Shown: positions 50,601 to 64,000 of the stretch, one piece after another
Position numbering within the stretch: position 1 is the first letter of the stretch
Layout: each line of letters starts with the position of its first letter
NCBI GenBank assembly: GCA_951406725.2
Contig: OX597814.1
Span: 203,732,001 to 203,796,000, forward strand
Reading direction: 5' to 3'
Length of the DNA stretch: 64,000 bases
Source: Octopus vulgaris
Taxonomy: Eukaryota
Notes under the pieces: model-generated
Databases searched by the model: none
Seen by the model: the letters and a program-made list of their open reading frames with translations, nothing else
What the model was told of the DNA's origin: nothing
Translations under genes and position numbers: made by a program

Positions 50601-53292
50601 TTGTATCCTGCAAAACAAACAAGGTCCCTACTACTTTACATTGTTTTCCTTTGTTCAGGATACCATTACTAGTAAAATGAGGTATGACTTTTATGAGTTT
50701 CAGTTATACTTCTGTAATTTTATTTAGGTCAGAAATATATTCCAAACTAAAGTTTTCCATAAAATTTCTTTCTAAAGAAAATATCAGATTAAACATGATA
50801 TCGTTGAATATATTTTGTTATCTACAGTCTTGTGAAACAGAAATTCCTAAACATATGGATTCTTTAGTTTTCTAAGATAATGGTTAAACACCCATTCAAA
50901 TCACCATTATTAAAGTTATTTAAAAGACATGACAAGACACTTTCTTCTTATCAGACACAATTTTATGTATCAAGTCAAATGTAATAAATGTAATGTGGTA
51001 TGGGTACAGGCATGGTTGTGTAGGTGAGAAGTTTGCTTTCCAACCACATGGTTTCAGGTTCAGTCCTATTGTGTGGCTCCTTCGAACAACCAAAGCCATG
51101 TGAGTGGATCTGGTAGATGGAAAGTGAAAGAAGCACATTATGCATGTGTGTTTGTGTGTACCCTTGTCTTGACTTTTTCCAATAGTCGTAAATAAGTGTC
51201 ACTGTCATTTTTGATATTCTGTGAAAACGTGTAGCCATGGGAAAAAGTTACCTTGCTTGGAAACAGGTAAGGATTAGTAATAGGATGGGCATCCAGCCAT
51301 AAGATAATCTACCTCATAAACTCTGTCCCTCCCTGCAAGAAGGAAAAATGGATATTAACTTGATAATGAATGTATGGCACCCAATCTCTAAAGATGCTCA
51401 ACAATTCAGAAATAATGAAAAATACAGAAAACAAATATTTTTTTATAGTAGTTTAAATGCATTTATTTCCTTATATATTATTTATTTATTGTGTTTTTTC
51501 TTTTGATCTAAGAGTACTATTTGTTTTTTTATAGTCAATAGTTAAAATACTCCAGTAATCATGCTGGAATAACTAAATTTGATTCTCCAAGGTGATCTTT
51601 AGACAAAGTTAACAGGTGTCTGATAGAAATCCATATGTTGCAATGCTAACCCCTACAAATTGAGCTATTAGTTAATCCTAATTGAATACACCAGCATATA
51701 GATATCTGATCAACGACATATCATCATCATGTCTGTTTCATTCTATCCTTGCATTGGATTGGAAACATCTTCACCAGCCTGGTATCTCATCACTTGTCAT
51801 CTCCTTCATGAGGTTTAGCTTGTAGAGAACGGCTTTCACCATCTTTTACCATGTCTTTCTTGGTTTTCCTTTTCCCATTTGGATTGTTTGGCACTTCTTT
51901 ACCCATTTGTCATCCCCATATATATATGACCTGTTCTGTATCTATGCAATCTTCTCTCCTGTATGCACCTGGCTCCTTTTATACCCTGTCTTTCTCTCAG
52001 CTCACCTGGCTGTGTTATTCATACACATTAACATCGTATATCCGCTGGAGCAGACTTGCTTAATTTCTTTCCTACCTTCACATATTCAGTGCCCATATTT
52101 AGCTCCTGTGCAACACTGCACAACACACACACCATACCACACAATATGCTCCTCATTTGGGAAAACAATTCCTTTATTGCCAATAGAAGTAGTAGTTTCC
52201 AAAACATTTTTCATCCATCTTACTCTGGTTACTATGCTTTCAGAAAACCCACTTCCGTTGCTAATTAAGTCCCTTAGGTAACAGAAATACCAGCCCCTTT
52301 TTAAGAGAGCCTTCTGAGTACTTGAAAGAATTTAGGTAATGGATGCTGTTAATATAATCATTACAATGGACCTGCAGCATACAGAGTCTTCCTCCACCTT
52401 GTCTGTGATCCCACTACACCAAACATACTCTGTACCATTATTTCCACAGTTCTTGAGGTTTACAAGAGCTCTGTATAATGCTTTGATTTTAAAGCTCTTC
52501 CACTCCTTTCTAACTGAAAACATCTGGCGAGTGAAACAGATCATTTGCTAACCAAACATTGAGAGAAAAGCACCGTGAACAGATTTTACTTAGAGAACTC
52601 TAGGTTTGTGTTTAGCAGATTTTCAGGGCAGTGTTTTATTTCTTTGTATGCTGTTTTGATCATCCAGATCTATGACTGTGGTGTCTAGCTATGACCATCC
52701 TTATGTTATGCTTATTGTTGGACAGTATCCAGGACAATATTATCCAATGTGGCCTTCACTTCTTGATAAGATGAGGTGAGAGGAATTTTGCTGCTATTTC
52801 TAGCATGTTGATCAAACATGTAATGACTCCTTCATTGGCTAGAATATTGTTGCTGTTGATTAAAGCCAGGTGAACCTTGATTAGACAGATGTGTTAAAGA
52901 TATTCCAGCCTTGACCATCTCTCTTTTTTTTCTTTGGCATATCAATATCTGTGTCTTTTCCTCTTTCAAGGCAGTGTGATTTGAGGGACGTTTGGTTGGT
53001 GTTTTTAGCAGGTTGATTAAGCATGTGGAAGCACCCTGTGTAATGTGTGGTGGTGAAATTCCAAAAGAAAAAAACTGTATATCAGGAGGTGTGTTTGTTT
53101 GGTGGAGGTATAGATAGCATGTAGAGAAAAACAGAATTTTTGTTATGGTAAGAGTATATATTAACTGTCACAGCATTTATAGAGACACAGGTGATTAAGA
53201 TTCATTTTCTTTCGCAGCAAGCTTACGTACATTATTATTTTTTTTTATGTATCTTAAGATTGTATTTCAATATAAATAATTATTTTTTTCAG

Positions 53293-53354
53293 TTATTTGC
53301 ATTCCAGTTGTTAAGAGGATTGGCATATTGTCACAAGAGGCAGATTTTACACAG
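53293..53354 (+). CDS. CDK14: CDK14 kinase exon (LFAFQLLRGLAYCHKRQILH(R))
   Basis: TTTTTCAG acceptor, CAG|GTATGG donor. FQLLRGLAYCH motif. Confidence 0.97.
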
Positions 53355-53392
53355 GTATGGTGATTCATTTTTGTTAGCCTTACACACACACA

Positions 53393-53680
53393 GGCGCAGG
53401 AGTGGCTGTGTGGTAAGTAGCTTGCTAACCAACCACATGGTTTCAGGTTCAGTCCCACTGTGTGGCACCTTGGGCAAATGTGTTCTACTATAGCCTCGGG
53501 CCGACCAAAGCCTTGTGAGTGGATTTGGTAGACAGAAACTGAAAGAAGCTGGTATGTTTACGTCCCCATAACTCAGCATAAGTACTAGGCTTACAAAGAA
53601 TAAGTCTTGGGGTCGATTTGCTCAACTAAAGGCGGTGCTCCAGCATGGTTGCAGTCAAAATGACTGAAAAGAATAAAAGA
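53393..53680 (+). mobile_element. CORE-type SINE with internal deletion, about 38 nt downstream of a CDK14 donor
   Basis: GGCGCAGGAGTGGCTGTGTGGTAAG head through the TGACTGAAA tail. Confidence 0.87.
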
Positions 53681-55970
53681 CACACACACACACATACAGT
53701 GTTAATGTTTGTTTTACATTCAGTTATAATGGGAACAATTTTACATTAATCTGATGACTTACTCCATACTTTTGTAGAGCATAAATATATTATTCTTACT
53801 TAAACAAGAATATTATTGACAGGCTTCACTGGTATCAGTCATGCTCAAATGGTGCTTTTTACATGACACGTAAAAAGCACCACTTGAGCGTGGCCGATGC
53901 CAGTGCCACCTGACTGACTCCCATTCCGGTGACACGTAAAAAGCACCCACTACACTCAGAATAGTTGATGTTAGGAAGGGCATCCAGCTGTGAAACCTTG
54001 CCAAATCAGATTGGAATGTGGTGCAGCCTCCCAGTCTTTTGTCAAACCGTCCAACCCGTGCCAGCATGGAAAGTGAATGTTAAACGACAATGACGAATGA
54101 CTGGAGTTTCAGCCAGCTAAGCTATTGTCCAACTACACACACATACACATGACAGGCTTCTTTCAGTTTCCATGTACCAAATCTACACACCAGGCTTTAA
54201 TCAATTCAGGGTTGTAGTAGAAGACACTTGACCAAGGTGCCATCCAGTGGAACTGATCCCAAAGCCATATAGATGGATAGCAAGTTACTTAACAACAGTC
54301 ATGCCTTTCCCCATATATATATATATATATAACACACTCACATATAATGTATAGGGTCTGATTTGAAGTGCTCTTTTTCTCTGTTTGACCAAAGTGTATA
54401 ATACATATTTATGTGGAGAGTTTTGTAGAATCTGATATTCTGGCATTCTCTCCCACTCTCTCTCTTTCTCACACACACACAGAGTTTTAGGGAAGATATA
54501 TGTAAATTCTCATAAATAACAATAGGATAGTCATTACAAAAGATTTATCGCACTTATTCATTGTGGTTTCTTTAAAAGTACCAATCTTGGGCAGTAGATT
54601 GGTAGAATGGTAAGAAAATCAGGCTGGTTGCCTTGCAGTATTTGTTCTGGCTTTTTGCATTCTGGTTAAGTTGGTCACCCATGGTTGGTCAACTTATCAC
54701 TACCACCTGGCACTTTGGGTACCTTGGATAAACCCCACCCTTGCAGGTATTTAGGTCATGTCTCTGGTTTGAAGATAACTCCTTCCTTCCTGACTAAAAG
54801 ATGAAAAATGATAAAACAGAACAAAATGAAACTCAACACTAGCATTAATAAAAGAAAATAGTGTTTAGTGAATTTATGACACGATTTTATGGTCTTGAGT
54901 TCAATTCTTGGTGGCATGCTGTGTCCTTGAGCAAAACCCTTTATTTTACATTACTCCAGTCCACTCAGCTGGCAAAAATGGGTTGTACATGTAATTCAAA
55001 GGGCCAACCTTGTTACATTGTCTGTCATGCTGAATCTCCCTGAAAACTATGTTACAGGTATGTGTGTCTGTAGAGTGTTCAACTACTTGCATGTTCATTT
55101 CATGAGCAGGTTGTTCATATCGATTCAGCTGGAACATTTGTTGTCATAACCGTTGCAGTAGCAATATTGCAGAGGAGGTGTGAGAGGCTGGATCTGGCCA
55201 GTGTTAACATAAAATGGGTTGAGTATTTGAGCTGGATACGGCCAGTTTGAATACAGCTGATTGGAGGATTAAATGACCCCCAACAGTCTGTGTTATTTAT
55301 AGTCATTAAAAATAACAGACGTCATCAATTGATGTTTCAAAAATTTTACACCATCAAGTGACCTTTGAGTGTCTAGTACATCAAAAGGGCTTAAGCATAA
55401 GCAGCCCTTATTGATGAAAGAAATCAAGTCATAAATGGGAGATTTATACAAGGGAAGAAGTTTTTTCTGACTTTCCTTTATCATCAGATGAGGTAGATGA
55501 TGATGATGATGATGATGATGATGATCCAGATTGCACAAGCAGTAATGTTTCAACTAGCTCTGACTGGAAAAAGTGCCCCAATGATTCCAGGAGAGCTGGT
55601 GTATTCCTATGCTATTCATCCTGCCTGCCGTCCAGAACTCTCCATGCAGTTAAACTATGTCCAGATCATGGAACAGGATGGATGGCCATTTTCAGGGCAG
55701 TAGATATTCTCTCCTCTTTTAACAATGACATTTTTATAAAGTATATCTATAAAATATATTAATGACAAAGGAGCAAAGATAGTATTAAAAATTTTAAGAA
55801 ACTGAAAAATTTTCAATATCATATAAATACTAAAAGAACTTCTGAATCGCCCTGTATTATGGATAAATTGAATTGTATCAGTAACTTTGAAGACTTACAT
55901 TTAGTGTTTGACTAATCAATTGTAAACCAAAAGCCTCTTCATTAATAATTCCCACTTGTTTTAATTTTAG

Positions 55971-56032
55971 AGACTTAAAGCCTCAGAATCTCTTGATTAG
56001 TGATGAAGGGGAACTTAAACTTGCAGATTTTG
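55971..56032 (+). CDS. CDK14: CDK14 kinase exon, catalytic loop and DFG ((R)DLKPQNLLISDEGELKLADF(G))
   Basis: TTTTAG acceptor, G|GTAAGT donor. HRDLKPQN and ADFG are completed across the splice junctions. Confidence 0.98.
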
Positions 56033-57842
56033 GTAAGTATTCTAGTTGAAAATAATTTTGATATCCTATATATTTCGTTATGTGATTTTGAGGTAAATGC
56101 TATACTGATGTCAGTTATTGCTAAATGTTACATAATTATGCTGCACATTATTGTTTTAAACTATCCATTGCTGTCATGTTGTTACTATCATTTTTCATCA
56201 AAATCTCTAACTGAGAGAAGCACAACAAAACTCCAGCTTCCTTCCTCCATCTTTCCCAGTCTTCGACTAACCTCGTATTTCCATAATTTTCTTCTTTGTC
56301 CATTGCTTGTTGTTATTCAACGGTCAACCACAACCAACAACATGATTAGATGAGATTTGTTTCATCCAATATATAGGAAAGCAGTGAAAAACATACACTG
56401 GGATTGCAAACAGCCGCCCAGCTGAATAAAAGTCCAGTATCTGTGTGTGTGTGTGTGTTCTATCCTACTGCTTGGCAACTGGTGTTGGTTTGTTTATGAC
56501 CTTGTATCTTAGCAGTTCACCAGACGAGGAAAAAAAGTACTAGGGTTGATTTATTTGACTAAAAAATCCTGAAGATGGTGCCCCCAGCATGATCACAGTT
56601 CAATGACTGAAACAAGTGAAAGATATGGTATGTGATAGAAGCAGTATCGAATTAAAATAGCCATCCAGGTACCCTACTTGAATACATTGTTGAAAAGCAG
56701 ATTTACTGTGGTATTCTTCCAGAGATAACATCTCTTATGGATGTGCTGTGTTTAGAAATAATATATATCATGGGGAGACAATGCATACGAGACATTTTGA
56801 CAAAGGAGAGAACTGAACTACAATTTTTTTATTTGTATTAAAATTCAACTCATCTTGTTTAAACATTGCAATATGGGTTGGGTGCTAATTAAGAGACTTG
56901 ACCAATTTAATTTTAATTTCCAAACAAATCTCTTTTCCTACCCCAAACAATGTACGCTCTTGGACTTAGTGTTTCTGTCATCATTGTACTTTTTGTATTC
57001 TGGTATGTTTGGTGAGAATCTTTGGGTGAGGAAATCATATTAAAACTTAAATATATTTTTTTTAACTTGTTGAAAGTGAGGAAGGGGGTAGACCCCATGA
57101 GACAGGTGAGCTTGATGTTTCATTTAGATTATTGCAAGTCACTGTTTAAAGGAAAGAGATGAGCAGGAAAAAGATTCCAGTGGGTCAGTGTTCTGGGGAG
57201 GAAGGACTGGGAATTGTGGTTAGTGCAGGGTGAGGGTTAGAGGTGAATGGAACAAGGGTGACTAGAGGTGATGAGATGAGTGGATTACAGTACCCAAGTG
57301 ATGGAGCTACAAGAGGAACTGGCTCCAAGGAATTGTATCTTGTATTTGCTGAGAATATAAAAATGACATCAATCATTGACTAATACTATTTTCCCCCTAT
57401 CTGTAAATTTTTTTTATGGACCCTGCTTTAAGTATGTTAACACTAACTGTTGCTTTTCAAGTTAATGGCATTTCTGAATTGGTAAATTTCTTATTAGAAT
57501 TTGATCCAAGTTATTTTCAATTTGACCCTGGTTCTAGTCAAGAGGTTGGCTCACACTAAGTTAATAGATAACAAATACTGAAAAACAGAATTTATGATTG
57601 GTAGATTGAACAATGCTGGAAGTTGACAGGATCATTTAGAGTTGCTAAGGTCCTGACAATGTCTCTAGTGTTGATGCCATGGCAAAACTCACCCCATACA
57701 CTATGTAAAGTAGTTGATGTTAGGATGGGCATTTAACCATAAAGACCACATCTAAGTATGTGAGTGAGACATGGTCTTCTGACCTGTCTAGGTAAGCAGT
57801 AATTCTGAATAAGAACCATAGAAAATGGGCATAAAAGAAATG

Positions 57843-58640
57843 ATGTTTTCAGTTGTGTTTGTTTGCCCATGGACAAGATATCTCAAAAACCGCTGGATGG
57901 GATTCAGATGAAACTTTCAGGGATGTTTGGCCTTGTGACTGGCATGAACTGATTAGATTTTGGGATCAATCTGGTACTGGACAAGGATTCTGGATTATTT
58001 GTTATCTTTACTTTACATGATTACGATCTTATGTTGACTTTCAAGTCTTTCTCAATTATCTCCCTTTAGGCTGTTTCCAAAGTTTTATCTTTGTTTCTCT
58101 ATTATTAATTTTACTCATGTCTCTATCTTAGTAGAAACTGATGGATAAAGAAATCAAACCACATAAACAAATGGCAGCAAAACCGTTCAGAAATTAAATA
58201 ATATTAACATATTTTTATAATATATTTATTACATATTATACATACATATTAACACTTTACATCGATCTAAAACAACAGGAGTACTAAAGGAAGGCCGGAA
58301 GAGAAGAGAAAGCCAAAAGGTCTCATGCTATTCATTTAAAAATTCCTGAGTAGAGCTTACTATTATTACCTTCGCCTTTGAAACTATTTTGAATGGTGAA
58401 TTTGTTAACTTTGGCTTGTATGAGATAAGGATAAGCTATTTATTGCTGTTACTAAATTTTCTACAGCCACCTTCTCATTCCATGACTACCATTAGGAACG
58501 ATCAGATACCGGACAGGGATTACGGATTATTTTTCCGATTTTTTTAACGTCATTTTTGAGAGCAGTCAGGTTCATTTCAGTTGAGTTTATTTCAGATAAT
58601 TTCATTTTAAAAATAATTTCTGGCTAATTGTTGAGATGCT
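57843..58640 (+). mobile_element. Fragments of a Helentron-associated (HINE/DINE-like) non-autonomous element
   Basis: ATGTTTTCAGTTGTGTTTGTTTG..GATATCTCAAAAACCGCTGGATGG.ATTCAGATGAAACTTTCAGG block, TTATTACCTTCGCC motif near 58363, repeated GGA..GGATT..GGATTATTT. Family assignment is from recall only. Confidence 0.45.
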
Positions 58641-58798
58641 CTTGTTTCTGTTATATTTAGTTTCAGATCTTTATCAACTTAACACATTATTTTCATCATT
58701 TTCTTTCAGTTTATGCCTATGACTTTTTTTAAAAACTCCCTTGGAGTGTAGAACAGTACAAAGAAAGAAAATATATTGTTTCTTTTGTTTTGTCTTAG

Positions 58799-58919
58799 GT
58801 TTAGCCCGAGCCAAGTCTGTTCCTAGTCGAACATATTCCCATGAGGTTGTCACTCTTTGGTATCGGCCGCCGGATGTACTGCTTGGATCAACAGAATATT
58901 CCACATCCTTGGACATGTG
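58799..58919 (+). CDS. CDK14: CDK14 kinase exon, activation segment ([40 protein letters not shown](W))
   Basis: CTTAG acceptor, TG|GTAAGT donor. [11 protein letters not shown] is typical of PFTAIRE/PCTAIRE kinases. Confidence 0.98.
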
Positions 58920-59340
58920 GTAAGTATAAGGTTAAAGCCATCAATAACCATTGCATTTATTAGAAAATATCACTTTATTTTATTTTACCATCATTTCTGT
59001 GGTTAACTGCAATGTTGTTGTTGTTGCACATATCACATTTAATCTTTATCTTAACTTAAAACTCAATTTAAGCAACCATATTTGGATTAGCTAATAATAA
59101 TAATAATGATAATGATGATATTAGATTCTTTCCATTACATTTATTACTTCATGTTGCTCATCAATAATGAGAGTGATTGGAACCTGAAATGGTAAACACT
59201 ATGGAACTTGAATGTTAGAAACTTATTTAACTTTTTGTTGCTTACTTTTTTCTTTTTCCATTTCATCAAAATGAATGAATTTGGAACCAGAGCATTCTCT
59301 GCTTTGAAATCACTGAGATTGAATGCTTCTGTCTTTTCAG

Positions 59341-59434
59341 GGGAGTTGGTTGTATTTTTACAGAGATGATATCTGGTGTTGCCACGTTTCCTGGGATGAA
59401 AGATACATACGACCAATTGGATAAGATCTTTAGA
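59341..59434 (+). CDS. CDK14: CDK14 kinase exon (GVGCIFTEMISGVATFPGMKDTYDQLDKIFR)
   Basis: TTTTCAG acceptor, GTAAGA donor. WGVGCIF and FPGMKD motifs. Confidence 0.97.
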
Positions 59435-60582
59435 GTAAGACATTGCATTGGTTTTCTTTGTTCATATTGGAAGCAGCGGTAAACGGCAGGACCATTTAAA
59501 TATTTTGTAGCATTCAGTTTATATATTGAGTTCAAAATGTGTGTGAAACCCTGATTTTCTTACCCCCACCAGCATGGACAACGGACGTTAAATTATGATG
59601 ATGCTGATAACTTGTGGATTACATAAAGTAAAATACCAATCAAGTACTGAGCTTAATTCATTCAACAGTACTCCTCAGAAACAACTCTTTGCTTCAAATA
59701 TCAAACAGTGGTGTGGTGTGGTGGGCCCTTAAATCCTGTTGTAGGGTACCATCAAAACAAATCTGGTGGCACCCCTGCTTTCTAGGTTTGAACAAAGCTG
59801 ATCTCTTCCAGTCTGAGAGAGAGAAGACTTAACACTGATGCTGGTATTTTATTTATGAATCCCAAAAGGATTAAAGGCAGAGTTGATATGGGTGACATTT
59901 GATTTCAGAGTAGCAGAGAGCTGAAACAGATACTGCAGGAAATTCTGTCCCATATCTCAACAACTAAGCCAGATCACTGATTGACTCCATGAATTCTATT
60001 TTAAGTTCATTGTTCTAAAATTTCAACTATTTGGTCGAAATAAATTGGTAAAACTTTATTTGAAATTCTGACCTCCCAAATCCTCTAAGTGTGAGGGCAT
60101 GTGGCCTAGTGGTTAGCGTGTTGCACTCAGGATCACAAAATTGCAGTTTCAATTCCCAGACTGAGTGGTGCATTGTGTTCTTGAGCAAAACACTTCATTT
60201 CATGTTGTTGCTGTCCACTCAACTGTAAATGAGTAACCCTGCAATAAGCTGTAATCATATTCATGGCAAATGTTGTGATCCCAGCCATTCATATACCAGT
60301 GGAAACTGAGTAACTGGTCTCAGCTTTACCAAAAATGTTTTCCAATCTCCACCTGAAATACTATAGAGGGGAACTAATCCATGGTAGACAACTCTACTGT
60401 AATTAATAGAACTAAGTTTGAAATCAATTTGACTAATTTTCTCTTCATTCCAATATCACTTTAAAAAGCATAACCCCTAAACACACCACAGAGCAAATGT
60501 TTTGATTCTGTACAAGAATAGGATTTTATTATAAATCAGCTATAGCCAAAACTCAGTCCTGGTAGAGTAGGTATACCAACCA

Positions 60583-60926
60583 TGCAGGAGTGACTGTGTG
60601 GTAAGTAGCTTGCTCACCAGCCACATGGTTCCGGGTTCAGTTCCACTGCGTAGCACCTTGGGTAAGTGTTTTTTCAGGCCAACCAAAGCCTTGTGAGTGG
60701 ATTTGGTGGGCAGAAACTGAAAGAACCCCATTGTACATATGTGTGTGTGTGTGTGTGTTTGTGTTTGTCCCCCACCATTGCTTGACAACTGATGGTGGTG
60801 TGTCTACATCCCTGTAACTTAGCTGTTCAGCAAAAGTGACCAATAGAATAAGTCCTGGGGTAGATTTGTTCAACTAAAGGTGGTGCTCCAGCGTGCCCCC
60901 AGTCAAATGACTGAAACAAATAAAAG
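60583..60926 (+). mobile_element. CORE-type SINE
   Basis: Same family head, core and tail as 53393-53680. Confidence 0.87.
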
Positions 60927-61818
60927 GTCAGTGTCAACAGTGTATTCCTCTTATCGTATTAATGGGGTATACTTAAGATGTGAATAGGTTGCTGTCTCTC
61001 GCAGGTTGAATGCATTGCATCAGCATGAAGAGATGAATAACAGACGATGACCACTTTCACTGTTTGTGGAAGTTTCATTGGGAAATTATTAATAATAATA
61101 ATAATAATAATAATAATGGTTTCAAATTTTGGCACAAGGCCAGCAACTTCAGGAGAATGAAGAAGTTGATTAGATCAAACTCCAGTACTCAAGTGGTACT
61201 TATTCTATTGACCCCGAAAGGATGAACAGTAAAGTTGACCTCGACAGAATTTGAACTCAGAATGTTGGCAGGCATGCTAACGCTTTTGCCAGCTTGCTGC
61301 CTTAATACTACTACTATTAGTAATAAGAGTGACAATTCACATTAATGGATTAGTGTTGTCTATCAGAGCAAGAACAGCAATTGTTTGGTGTTTGAGGTTT
61401 AATAATATAATAATGAAATTATTGTATACAGTGCTCAGGTGCACCACAACTTGTCAAAAGTGCATATAAAGCATATGCAGTAATGTACAAATGTCTGGGA
61501 AGCGAACAGTGTATGAGCCAGATACATGCTTGCCTGTGTATGGAGGGGAGAAAGATCAGGTGTAGTGTTGGTGAATCTCAGGAAGCATGGAAGTTTTGAA
61601 GGATTTTACAGCAACTGAGTCACTGTCCGCTACTCTGGGTACATCTTGTTCTTTTGCCATTGCGGCAGTGTTTTTGTTTATTTCATTGCTTTGTATTGTC
61701 AACATGAATTTTGTGTGTCTTTAGGAATGTCATAAACTATAACACGTTTATTTAATTCTAATTTCACATCTTATGTGTCTTTCGGGAATACAGGAAATTT
61801 CATTTCTTTTAATTTCAG

Positions 61819-61882
61819 ATCTTAGGTACCCCAACCGAAGAATCCTGGGAATCAGTAACGAGTTTACCTAATTATGATATAA
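61819..61882 (+). CDS. CDK14: CDK14 kinase exon (ILGTPTEESWESVTSLPNYDI)
   Basis: TTTCAG acceptor, GTATGT donor. LGTP..W..V.SLP CDK motif. Confidence 0.95.
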
Positions 61883-62605
61883 GTATGTTGATTATTAATT
61901 ATCAAAATTTTGAATGTTGTTACTTTTGATTTTGTAACATTTTAACCCTTTAGTGTTCATATTACTCTGTCAAATGTAATGCTTATTCACATTATTATGG
62001 AGACTTCAATATTTTGATGATGTGATAATTTATTTATAGAATGATGTTGTAGGGTAGGTGTGTGAGGCTTGATCAGGCCAGTTTGAACATAAAGCAAGTA
62101 GAATACATTGGCTGGATGTGGTCGGTTTAAATGCTAAAGCGTTAATAACTTTTTAATATTTTTCATCTTTATAAAATGAAAAATGAAGAATGCAGTATTT
62201 TTCCATATTGTTTACAATTCATTCATTCTGATGATGGTTTTGCTCTGTCTCTGTTACTAATAAACAATAGTTGCAGTGTGTGCCATCTTACTTCCTACTT
62301 AGGACTTGAAAACATTTACATATTTAGTTCCCTAAACATTTTCCATCTGATACAATAGCTGTTTACCTTTATCCTTCTCTTCCCAATATTGTATTCAACA
62401 TGGTTCTACATCTGTATAAGGATCTTTTAACCCCTCCTATGTTCACCTGTATCCTATAAAGCAGACATCCAATCTATACTATTTTCATTTCTTCTCTTGT
62501 ATTTTTTCACCTTCGTATATATTATGCCTGTTGTTACTTTATAAATCATTTTGATACAGTTTCTTTCTTAAATTTTTGACTTCATTTTCTTTTTATCTTC
62601 AACAG

Positions 62606-62703
62606 CTAAATTCAATTTGTATAGCCCCCAGCCACTTATTCCTTGTATCTCTAAACTTGGTTGTATACCAAATGCAGCTGAATTGTCAACAAGCCTTCTA
62701 CAA
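62606..62703 (+). CDS. CDK14: CDK14 kinase exon (TKFNLYSPQPLIPCISKLGCIPNAAELSTSLLQ)
   Basis: Pyrimidine tract and AACAG acceptor, CAA|GTAAAA donor. Phase 1 to 0 fits both neighbours. Confidence 0.9.
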
Positions 62704-62974
62704 GTAAAATCATTATTTTTTATTTTATATTTTAATGTTTGAAACCTATTTCAGAATCTAATGATGTTATCCCAAATAAAATAGCTGAGCAAACTTTATA
62801 ATCCTTTGATTATAAGTTCGATCCCATTGCACAGCACCTTGGTCTCCTACTATTCCAGCAGGTTGGCCGATGCCGTGTTAGTGGAATGTATCAATGAAAT
62901 CCCTGTAGCAGCCTGTCTGTCTTTGCTAAATGTGGAGAGTTGTGTCCCTTTATAAATGTGTGTGTAAATATATA

Positions 62975-63343
62975 TACTCTCTTTTACTTGTTTCAGTCAT
63001 GTGACTGTGGCCATGTTGGAGCACCGCCTTTAGCCGAGCAAATCGACCCCAGGACTTATTCTTTGTAAGCCTAGTACTTATTTTATCGGTCTCTTTTGCC
63101 GAACCGCTACGGGGACGTAAACAGACCACCATTGGTTGTCAAGCGATGTTGAGGGGGAGGACACATATACATATATACGATGGGCTTCTTTCAGTTTCCG
63201 TCTACCAAATCCACTCACAAGGCGTTGGTCGGCCTGAGGCTATATAGAAGAAGACACTTGCCCAAGGTGCCACGCAGTGGGACTGAACCCGAAATCATGT
63301 GGTTCGTAAGCAAGCTACTTACCACACTGTCACTCCTACGCCT
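62975..63343 (-). mobile_element. CORE-type SINE, full-length, young
   Basis: Closely similar to 189-574 and 15744-16147. Confidence 0.9.
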
Positions 63344-63584
63344 ACTATAACCTAGTAATTTGATGAGTAGGTGTCAAAGTATCAAACTGAAATTAAGTAC
63401 TGGGTTGACTGAAACCCTTCAAGGTGGTGCCCCAGTACGGCCACAGTCTAAAATTTACTGAAGCTATTAAAAACACAGGATATGTTTTGGAAGCAGTAAT
63501 TTACTTTGTTGTATAATTGGTTAACAATACCTTTGACCATATTCCATGGGTTGAAATATTTTCACAAGTTTATTTCTTTTTCAG

Positions 63585-63675
63585 ATGGAACCTTCCAAAC
63601 GAATATGCGCCTCCAACGCAATGAAACACGAATACTTTTGGGATCTCCCACCAAAGATTCACCAATTACCAGATG
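63585..63675 (+). CDS. CDK14: CDK14 kinase C-terminal exon (MEPSKRICASNAMKHEYFWDLPPKIHQLPD); gene continues beyond window
   Basis: TTTTTCAG acceptor, G|GTAAAG donor. Subdomain XI (P.KRI.A..AM.H.YF). Confidence 0.95.
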
Positions 63676-64000
63676 GTAAAGTATTATCTGAAATCATTGG
63701 AAGGATGGTAATATTATTGCTAAGGCTGCAAGTTGGCAGAACCATTAGCATGCTGGGTAAAATGTTTAGTGGCATTTCTGCCAAGGTTAACTTTGCCATT
63801 CATCCTCTTGGAGTCAATAAAATAGGTACCAGTTGAGTATTGGGGTCGATGGGATCAATTTATCCCCTTCCCGAAATTGCTAGCCTTATGCCAAAATGTG
63901 AAATCAGTATTATTATTATTATTGTGTTCCAATTCCGCTAAGGTTGACTATGTCTTTCATTTTTTTTGGTGTCAATGAGATAAGTACCAGTTGAATGCTG

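Overview
AT-rich eukaryotic genomic DNA, almost certainly animal. It is most likely an octopus or other coleoid cephalopod, inferred from the recurring tRNA-derived SINE and microsatellite composites; this is not proven from the sequence. The whole window lies inside one + strand gene encoding a PFTAIRE-type cyclin-dependent kinase (CDK14 / Eip63E-like). I could splice 14 coding exons (4220-63675) by hand with GT-AG boundaries and continuous phase. The start codon and the last exon(s) lie outside the window. The introns hold many SINE copies, a decayed Tigger/pogo transposon, a near full-length GC-rich Tc1, an internally deleted maT/DD37D-like element, a probable non-autonomous Helitron, TTAA (piggyBac-type) MITEs and LINE fragments. 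The most unusual signals are: a 151-bp near-perfect fold-back with a 9-nt loop; a Penelope-like hairpin whose loop holds the 3' half of a minimal hammerhead ribozyme; a 150-bp piece of nearby intron copied into the Tigger transposase; a second fold-back hairpin; and inverted SINEs flanking an in-frame two-exon cassette. Almost all other ORFs in the supplied track are repeat-derived or spurious. Repeat boundaries are approximate and no database search was possible.
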